This document shows, piece by piece, positions 13,987 through 22,139 of a stretch of DNA of 44,380 bases (positions are counted from its first letter, which is position 1; each line of letters starts with the position of its first letter). A model generated the notes under the pieces. That model did no database searches, had not been told where the DNA came from, and saw nothing but the letters and a program-made list of their open reading frames with translations. The translations under genes and the position numbers were made by a program. The stretch spans positions 1 through 44,380 of the forward strand of contig JYFJ02003260.1 in NCBI GenBank assembly GCA_000934665.2, read 5' to 3'. Source of the DNA: Catajapyx aquilonaris. Its lineage: Eukaryota.

Positions 13987-14120
13987 CCCATTCAGTGGCT
14001 ATCACAAGATCAATTTTTCAAAAGTTGTCATGTAGTATGGTGATGTTGTACACCACAATTTATTCTGAATCATTATCTCCAATTGATAGAAAGCATGATA
14101 TAGGCCGGGCCCTCAATGGG
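13987..14120. mobile_element. piggyBac-type MITE (134 bp)
   Basis: TTAA|CCCATTCAGTGGC ... GGCCCTCAATGGG|TTAA. TTAA target duplication (13983-86 and 14121-24), CCC...GGG termini and imperfect short TIRs. Confidence 0.65.
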
Positions 14121-15177
14121 TTAATATATGTAGTCATTTATTTTGAGAAAAAAATGGTGCCTTGACGAGCAGTACGAAAAAAAGGAGTGTAGGTTCCTCT
14201 TGGGGAGGTCTGTATACTTCTGTCAGACCTGTAAAAAAAAAAGGCTTAAATCTTTGTTGTTGAATAACTGTGGCATTTCCCATTAATAAGACATGTTGTA
14301 TAGGGGAAAAGAGATGGCAAAGTTGCGCAGTGTTTGAATTGAGGGTAAGTCCAATTCACTCTAGTTGATTGGAGCAGCATCCAAATGCATTTCCCAGTGA
14401 ACCAGGAACTGGAAAAATGTTGCCGCATGCCACATGTTCAGTCTCACTGCATGAGCCGCGCATTGATAATTTGTTACGTGGAAAAACGCGAAAAAAAGTT
14501 TATGCAGCAAAAAAAAGCGCATGCAATAAAGCTATTTTATGCATGACTGTTGATGGATTAATGCTGTTCGTAGTGTCTTTTACACATCTGAGTCTTACTC
14601 TTTTGTTGTGATTATTTTCAGTAACTTTTTTCATTAGTTTTAATTTTCTATCCGTCATCCTCCCTTTGATCGAGGGATGCTTTTCCTCGTAAGTATTTTC
14701 CAATGTCCATGTTGTGTGTGTTTTTTGAACAGTTTTCATTTGCCAGACAATTTTTGATCATCTCGAAAAGGAGAGGATTTTTTGTGTAGATATTTTGTAA
14801 GGTTTTTTGCAGATATTGCCTTTTGCTGTCTGTGACATCCATGTTGGAAAAGAAAGAAACTTTTTTCTAGCATTAGAGTGCAAAAAAAAATATTTTTGAA
14901 AAAAAAAAAAGAATTTTTATAAAGAAGCCAATCCCACTTGCTGTGGACATAGCTTGAATGTTTGGAAGTAGTTGTTGCATTCCGTTTTAAGCATTTGGGA
15001 TACAGTAAGGCAGAGAGTTGTTGCATACATTTACTTAGTACTTGTTGATTACGGAAAGCAGAATATTGTCTTTTTAGTTTCTTGAGTTGACCAAAAAAAA
15101 ATATAATTTTCTTTTGCCATGGTTATGTGGTGTGCTCTTGACTGACCTGTTGGCACATTTTTTCATGCCACCTGTAG

Positions 15178-15368
15178 CGAGAAAGGTATCGTCTGCAAGT
15201 GAGAGCCTCAGACAGAGGCACACCTCCCCTGTATGCTGATGTGGATGTTGAGTTAGACGTCGTAGACAGGAATAACAAACCACCCGTGTGGGATCGGAAT
15301 GTATACGGCCCCATTTACATCAAAGAAAATGTCACAGTTGGTACTGTAGTGACTTCAGTGAAAGCAAG
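15178..15368 (+). CDS. CadN: Neural cadherin mutually exclusive exon, upstream copy (7a equivalent)
   Basis: ctgtag|CGA ... GCAAG|gtttgt; 191 nt, phase 0 to 2. RERYRLQVRASDRGTPPLYADVDVELDVVDRNNKPPVWDRNVYGPIYIKENVTVGTVVTSVKA(S). Paralogous to the next exon and the same length. The a/b naming follows order and my recall of Drosophila CadN. Confidence 0.93.
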
Positions 15369-15910
15369 GTTTGTATATGGGTTCGATCTTAAGAGGTTAA
15401 GAGCGGGTTCACGATGAGGGTGGTTGTCCCCACGAAAGGCTGGTCTTTCTTCTGGCTACGTTGCATGATGAGTGTGCCGCGCTCTTTATTCTTTTCTCTT
15501 TTTTCTACCTGGGCCCTCCTTTTTGATTGCGTCCTGGTCCCTCCTTAACAGCGTGTCCCCCTTAACCCGCAGCCTTTTATTTAGCCCCCCACACGGGTGC
15601 CCCATTGGATGGATGACATGAATGAGTGGTCTGCTTGTGGTCATCGTCTTTTTTCCTTCCAGCTCTACCCCCTTCGTGCAATGTAGGAGAAAAAAGGTCA
15701 GCCCTCTTTTTTACACTCTTCCCGCTCTATGTGTGTGTCTACCACGGAATCTCTCGACTGCTCTGTGAAACCACCTTTTGCCCGCCCTACTGCCACCCAC
15801 TGACACCCCAATACACACGTGTACAACCTGCGGGTCCTGCGACAGACAAAGACCAAATACCCCGAGGAGGAACCTCCCTGCCTCGACAGCCACCCTCTAT
15901 CTCCCTAGTG

Positions 15911-15931
15911 GTTAGTACTAACATGACTAAC
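15911..15931 (+). promoter_or_regulatory. Tandem branch-point / STAR-protein (QKI/How)-type elements upstream of exon 7b
   Basis: TACTAAC at 15916-15922 and GACTAAC at 15925-15931, followed by a pyrimidine tract and the 7b acceptor (AG at 15976-15977). Confidence 0.6.
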
Positions 15932-15977
15932 AACCTTCATTTCTCTCTTTTTTTGGGCTTTTACTCGTTGAACCTAG

Positions 15978-16168
15978 CGAGAGACATACAAGTTGGAGGC
16001 GATTGCCCAAGATAAAGGATTTCCTCCCTTGTCCCGAACAGTAGAAGTTCAGATTGATGTTGTGGACCGAGCAAACAACCCGCCAGTGTGGGACCAAGTG
16101 GTCTACGGACCAATCTACATAAAAGAAAACATGCCTGTGGGCGCTAAAGTTGTGTCAGTTAAAGCCAG
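15978..16168 (+). CDS. CadN: Neural cadherin mutually exclusive exon, downstream copy (7b equivalent)
   Basis: acctag|CGA ... GCCAG|gtctgt; 191 nt, phase 0 to 2. RETYKLEAIAQDKGFPPLSRTVEVQIDVVDRANNPPVWDQVVYGPIYIKENMPVGAKVVSVKA(S). Confidence 0.93.
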
Positions 16169-18118
16169 GTCTGTTAGCCGATTTAATGTTGGTTGATCCG
16201 TGCGGCACGCCTGCTCCCTTTGCACGGCACTGTGGGAGTTATGTATTCTGCACGCTGACTACCCACACTCAATATTTTGCACGTACAAGTTCTTTGGTGT
16301 GTGGCTGTCAAATCCCTTGTACTTTTGTGTCCCAATATTTTGCCTCTATTTCCTGGAGTTAGGCCAGCCTAGCTAGCGGGACAATGGTGTGATGGTGTGA
16401 GAATGCTCTCCTATCTCATTCCCTTTTTAACCAGTGACAAAAAGACTCAGCTAACATACAAATCAGACCAGAGCAATACAGTTCAGCCAGTGAAACAAAG
16501 AGACTGAAAAAGAGAAGGAAAAAAGAGAGATATTTTTTCATCATGCAAAGGTTTTTTTCTTACAGGAGACCTACTTGTGGTGGGGACTCTGAAAGTGTGA
16601 GAAAGATGGCGAGAGAGTGTGCAGCTGTGTGTGTGTGTGGAAGGGGGCACACGATTTTTTTCAAGGGGGTCTCAACCCACTTTTCCCCCAAACTCTTTTA
16701 ATCATAGTTTTTTGACAAACCATATTTTTGAGAGCTGAATGTTGTCACTCTTTTTCCAACTCTATCCCCAACCCACCTTTTCTACACTTTTTTGGGGTTG
16801 GTAACGTTAATATTTTCTGGGCATAAAATCCAAGACTTAAAGAAAAACAGGCTTGTACGCAGGTTTCAGGCCTCACTCGCATATTTTTTGTAAAAAAAAA
16901 AATCAACCAGTCAGTGGGCTCCATCGGTTCTGTTGAGCACAAGCACTTTGTCGTGTGTAGTACGTACGTGTTATTTTTTGCAAATATTGTTACTGACCTG
17001 GCTACAAGGCTGTTTTGGCTTTTTTTGTACAGCACTAAAAAGGACCCTTTCATTGCCTGCAGTTGGGCCTCAGCCGTGGGAGATTTTGAGCACACAGTTA
17101 GTTTTTAAGCCAATATTGTCCAGGTTTTTTAATTGTAGCAATCCTCCACATCCCCAAAGTTAACTGCTGAAGGACAACATTCAGCCACCACAAGTGAACC
17201 GGGAAATTTTGTCGTTCAGCCAGTAATCCGTTTTTTTTTTTTGAAGGAACTGGAACTGATTTTTTGAGAATGGTTTTCCTCATAGCCAATTTGGGGATCT
17301 GCGTAAAAGAGCAGTTGGGCTTGATCAGCATGCAGAAACCCTTGTGTAATAATTTGCTTTGAATGGTATGGAACATGGTGTGTGGGCCTCAAGTCAGTTT
17401 TTTGGAAATGACTTTGACGTTAAAAAAAAAAGCAGCAAAAGGGAGCAGCTTAGCTGTAAGGATATAGACGGTTGTAAATGTTGTTGCTCTCCAGCCCAGA
17501 CCGTACGTGTCCAGAACAGAACTGACGAGTGTGGCATGTGACAAGGTAGTTTTTGAGTAGTATTTATCATTAGAACCGATTTGTGATTCTTAGAAATTTG
17601 TAATTTCGTGAGTTATTTCTCTGAACACGAGCATTTTATTTCCTTGATATGCATGTGTTGCATTGGAAAGTGTGAGAAAGCAGGCAGCTCTGTAAGGTTT
17701 ATTTTTTTGTGCCTCTGCTAAATAGATGATCAGGACATAGTTTGAATGGAAAGAGCCCATATCGGGTGAGTGGGCTTTTGATCTTGACGCTATTATTCAT
17801 CAGCAAGCATGTTTCATTTGCTACAGCCTCATTTTCCAGGACAAAAAAATATATTCTCAGAGGTGCCATTCGTTCATTGGTTCGTTGCCTTGTTTTGGCC
17901 ATAACTTCGCATTCATCTTGTTAGTGGCGTGTGTTCAGTAATTAACAGTAGTCTCAGAGTATGACCAGGGACTTGATTTTGTGTGCTGTTTTGCAGTTCA
18001 AGTGAGAAATTATTGAGTAGTTGTATAACAGTAATAATAATTATATCAGTGCCAGTGTCTTCTTAACCTCCACGAGTCACCTCCAAATGCACTCAGCTTA
18101 CATACCACATGTAGAGTA

Positions 18119-18207
18119 GATGATAATAATAATAATGACAATAATAATATTGATGATGATAATAATAATAATATTGATATTGTTGATAATAATGATAATA
18201 ATGATAA
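18119..18207. repeat. Imperfect (AAT/GAT)n microsatellite
   Basis: Directly visible trinucleotide array. Confidence 0.9.
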
Positions 18208-18362
18208 CAAATCAAGGTTTTTAGCCCCAAGATTACAGTACAAAATAAGCTCCTTCACTATCCTTTCTCACTGTAGTTTGGAAGTCAAGTTTCGAACTAA
18301 TAGATATAATGAATGTGCACTGCCATGGATTGCAAATGACGCCCCTGCCTTTTCCCCTTCAG

Positions 18363-18552
18363 CTCAGGGATTGAGGGCAATCCCACGGTTTACTACCGAC
18401 TCATAAGGGGCTCCACTGCCCAAACAAACAAGTACGACACCTTTTACCTCCAGCAAAGAGGCGATAATGGGTTCACTTGGGCAGACATTAAAGTGAACCA
18501 CCCACTGGATTACGAGAGCATAAAGGAATACAACTTGACCATCAGAGTGGAG
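18363..18552 (+). CDS. CadN: Neural cadherin coding exon (constitutive exon downstream of the 7a/7b pair)
   Basis: ttttccccttcag|CTCA ... GTGGAG|gtatgt; 190 nt, phase 2 to 0. SGIEGNPTVYYRLIRGSTAQTNKYDTFYLQQRGDNGFTWADIKVNHPLDYESIKEYNLTIRVE, with an LDYE motif. Not in the ORF track on the + strand. Confidence 0.95.
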
Positions 18553-19274
18553 GTATGTATGGGAGATGTCACTTTTAGAAACTGGTGTACAGGTACTGGT
18601 ATAAATCAACCAGTTCCGGGAACCAGTGCACACTGTTTTGTTTTTGTTTCTTTCTCTTGCAGGCTCTAGTAAATTTGTCTTCTTCAATTCAAGTTTCACA
18701 TTGTTGTGGTGATTTAAAACATGGGAATATTTAAAATCAGAATTTTGAGTTCTGTTGATGGGAGGGAAACATGTCTTTTGAGGTGTTTGAACCACACAAA
18801 AATTTATTCTCCAATGAACAAGTTTCGTTTGAATTCAGGTTCTACTACAAATAGTAAGACTTGCTTAGTATTGTGGTGTCAATTTGGGACATGAAAATGC
18901 TAAGCTTTGTGTTGTAATACTGTATTACCCTGCAATCAGTGACAAGCTTGTAAAAACGCCGTCAACGCAATATTTGAGAAAACATACATTTTGTCATCAT
19001 TATAATGGCATGGAGGTATATAGGGGGGTTTTCCATTCTTTTACCTGCAAAAAGTATAATTTTTTGTTATGTAAAATTAATGAGAGCATATCAAAGTTTC
19101 ACATCTTCATTCCCTGTCAACATGACCAGTCAGGAATAGCTGCTGTAAGTCACTTGCCAAATTTTACAATAAAATGTACCCTCCCCTGCCCTCCATTATC
19201 TGAGGATTAACTTTTGAGTTTGAGGATCCAGTCAAGATGGTGGCACTAGTGATATGGTAAGATTGGTAACAGTA

Positions 19275-19443
19275 CAGTTTTGGACATAAATCGAGGCATA
19301 GTCTACTGCTAGTGGCATTTTCTGAAGCGGCAGAAGAAGGAATCGAAGATAAGCATTCTGCAAGCCGGGTGAGCAAGATTTCTTCTTCTGCCGCTTCGGA
19401 AAATATGTCGCTAGCAGTGTGCCTCGATTTATGTTCAACACTG
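19275..19443. mobile_element. Tc1/mariner-type hairpin MITE (169 bp)
   Basis: TA|CAGT ... ACTG|TA. Imperfect inverted arms of about 70 bp (ACATAAATCGAGGCA / TGCCTCGATTTATGT; GAAGCGGCAGAAGAAG / CTTCTTCTGCCGCTTC) around a spacer of about 27 nt. Confidence 0.85.
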
Positions 19444-19909
19444 TATATGCGCTTTTCAACCCCCTATCCCACCCTTCTAACTAAATTGCAGGCAGCCCTA
19501 TCTTCACAGCAACACTATCATTGATATCCCTATACCAGCAGGTAAAATTCGTTTGAAACAGAAAACATTTTTTTGATAGATACCTGCTGTAAGTAATTGC
19601 AGTTGAATCATGATATAACTGCCTTGGCTGTAACAGACTTTCGGTTATAACAGACTCGAAAGGCTGGTCCTGCCATACTTCCATAAGGCCCTGTGTATTT
19701 TACTCCTGATGTAACACTCATTTTCACCTCATCATCTCAGGTATAACGACCATTTCTTGTCCCCTCGGTGGAAAATTTTGCTATTTTTTTATTACTCAGC
19801 TTCATTTCCCAAGCAAGGAAAGCATCACATATTAGAGGAGGGTGATTTTCCCACCTGTCACTGATGTAACACTTGCAGAAAAGGTCAAAATTATTATTTT
19901 TCTGTTATA

Positions 19910-20645
19910 CGAGGGCTATTTTAAAATGAAGTTCCAATGACCTGTGAAATAAAAACAACAGAACTGAAAAATGTTTTAATATTCGCAAAAGTGAGAGTCA
20001 TCCTTCTGCTACTTCTCCACATAGTCACCTTCCCAATTGAATCACTTGTCATAACATGGAACCCTCTTTTGTAACCCTAACACAATCGAAGCTCCCGCCA
20101 AATGCTATACTCGCTCTGTAATCAGATTTCTCCCAAGCTAAAGGACATATTGCAGCCAAAATTCATAGGAGATTGTGTAATGTGTATGGAGAGAAGCGCA
20201 TGAGTGACATTGCTGAATCGGACAAATTGATGTTCATAATAAGGAAGATCGTGGGAGGAAATCTGTGGAGACTGACAAGTTGTTGAAAAGTCAACAAGGC
20301 TGGTTTAGAGCACATCAGGTCACAATTTATGACCTGTCTAATGATTTCCCCCCAAATTTTGGGGTCACAACTTCATGAAATTGTCCAGGAAAGTTGGGCA
20401 CAAGCATTGTGCAAAGTGGGTTCAAGAACAACGAAGAGCTGAACCAGTGGGTGGTAGGTTGGCTCAGTAGCCAGGCAGCAACCTTCAATGGGGTAGGCAT
20501 ACAAAAACAAGTGATTCAATCGGGATGGTGACTATGTGGAAAAATAGTATAAGAATGTAGCTAACTTTTGTAAGTATTGAATTTTTTCATCACTCTTGTT
20601 TTTAATTCACAGCTCAGTGGAACTTAATTAAAAAAATAGTCCTCA
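19910..20645 (+). mobile_element. Internally deleted, degenerate mariner-like transposon
   Basis: TA|CGAGGGCTATTTT ... AAAATAGTCCTCA|TA with extended TIRs. Remnant N-terminal transposase, frameshifted (IEAPAKC..RSVIRFL..AKGHIAAKIHRRLCNVYGEKRMSD, about 20086-20210). Mariner C-terminal DGDYVEK* at about 20524-20547. Confidence 0.9.
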
Positions 20646-20917
20646 TATATGGCAAGGACGAGACGGCAGAAGAAAATTGCGGATTTTTTTTTGTCCCATG
20701 ATTCAGTGGTAAAGTTTCCTTTACAGAATTTTTGTTTTGTTGCACCTGAGGATTTTCAGTTATTCATCACATAGGGTCATAGGCCTTCAGATGTCTCTTT
20801 TTGGGGGAAACTTTCATGCTGTTGGGAGAGACTTTGCTATAGGCCATCCAGGAAAAGGCTGCATTGGTTTTCTGGGGTTTTGAAGTAGAGTTGCCAGATG
20901 CAAAAGGAACCCAAATA

Positions 20918-20939
20918 TGATAATGATAATTATAATAAA

Positions 20940-20974
<35 letters not shown>

Positions 20975-21226
20975 TCATACCCCGTTATCAGCCTTTTTCG
21001 GCTCTTTAGGGGGAAAGTTTGTTTTGTCTGGAACTCTTTGCTTTTCATTTTACTGCGCTTTTTGGGATAGGATAGGGACAGAAGGAAGCGGCTGTGGCCT
21101 ATTAATTACGGAAGGACCGTGGGAAACCACAGAAAACCACGGTCAGCGTAGCTGGCCCCGGGATTTGATCCCAGGACCTCCCGATTAACAGTCAGACACC
21201 ATATCCCCTACTCCAAACTGCTTCGG
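20918..21226 (-). mobile_element. tRNA-derived SINE, degenerate, with (TTA)n tail
   Basis: Minus strand reads CCGAAGCAGTTTGGAGTAGGGG (A-box-like), TCTGACTGTTAATCGGG (anticodon-arm-like) and GGATCAAATCCC (B-box-like). The body GGAAGCGGCTGTGGCCTA...GGAAACCAC (+ strand) resembles SINE cores I recall from non-holometabolous insects. The (TAA)n run at 20944-20974 is positioned as the 3' tail. Confidence 0.65.
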
Positions 21227-22139
21227 TAAAGGAACCCAGATATCCCACATCCATGTTGGAATAAAAATTTCCCACCTGGCTACTCTACTTATCTTCATGG
21301 TAAACGTAGGGACTGGGGAGGAGGGTAGGGGGGGGGGGGCTGAAAAGTTGGAAAAACCCACCTAATTCCTGCAGTCTCTTGGTTTCCCTTTACAGATAAT
21401 TTTTTCTCATGAGTTTTTAAATGTAATACACAATTCAATAAATGCCAGTGTGACTCCATTGAGATTTGTGCTGTTTCTGACATAATACTGAAGCACAAAT
21501 ATTCAGTGAAAATTCGGAGCAAACTTGATGATTAATATGGAAACATTAAATATTGTACCTCACATTACCTGAGAAATTTCACATTCTCTCTCAAAGTGTC
21601 ATAAATTTAGTTGAGATTCATATAGGCCTATTGTTTAAGCCTAAAAGGACAGAGACAGTTCATGTCGCAAGATTCTAGTAGTTTCACTTTGAATCTGTGA
21701 TGTCCTTTCTCTAATGCGAATAGTATTTCAAGACATGACTTCTACTGTATATTTACATTAATAGAGAGACATCACACGTTTTCCAGTGAACCCTAAGCAG
21801 CATTGCAACATTAATCATCTCCTTCATTTTGGCCGTGCCTTCATACTGGGAAGCACTCCATATCCCTGGACATATTAATTATTTTTGTTAACGCTGGTCT
21901 TTTATGGCATCAAATCTTTCGTTTTGTGCAACTTTTTCTTACAACTCCACTTAAAGACTTCTGCACTATACCACCTCACCTCTTCCAGTACTTTCAATCT
22001 TAAGCCTCCTGAGAATTACAGTCAAAAGAGAAGTTATTCTTAAGAACTGTTCAAATTCAGCATTGGTATCATTCCCAGCTACCTTCTTCGTTCTGTTCAA
22101 TTGTCTTGCTGGCTAATATTTAAGAAACTGAAAAAAAAG

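Noticed and set aside
15178..16168. Reading 7a and 7b as consecutive exons, a pseudo-exon or an assembly duplication
   Set aside because: Joining them frameshifts. They are highly diverged yet both intact with good splice sites, and they match the known arthropod CadN alternative pair.
15470..16625. Alternative short pairings (15472-82 / 16200-10; TGAGTGTG 15469-76 / CACACTCA 16264-71) and similar 11-mers at 15470 and 16615 as a docking/selector set
   Set aside because: Isolated 8-11 bp matches that allow G-U are expected by chance in regions this size and lack co-linear support. They cannot be promoted without folding and conservation data.
21150..21226. Functional tRNA-Asn gene (GTT anticodon-like loop, minus strand)
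   Set aside because: No convincing acceptor stem and degenerate A/B boxes. It is continuous with a SINE-like body and tail.
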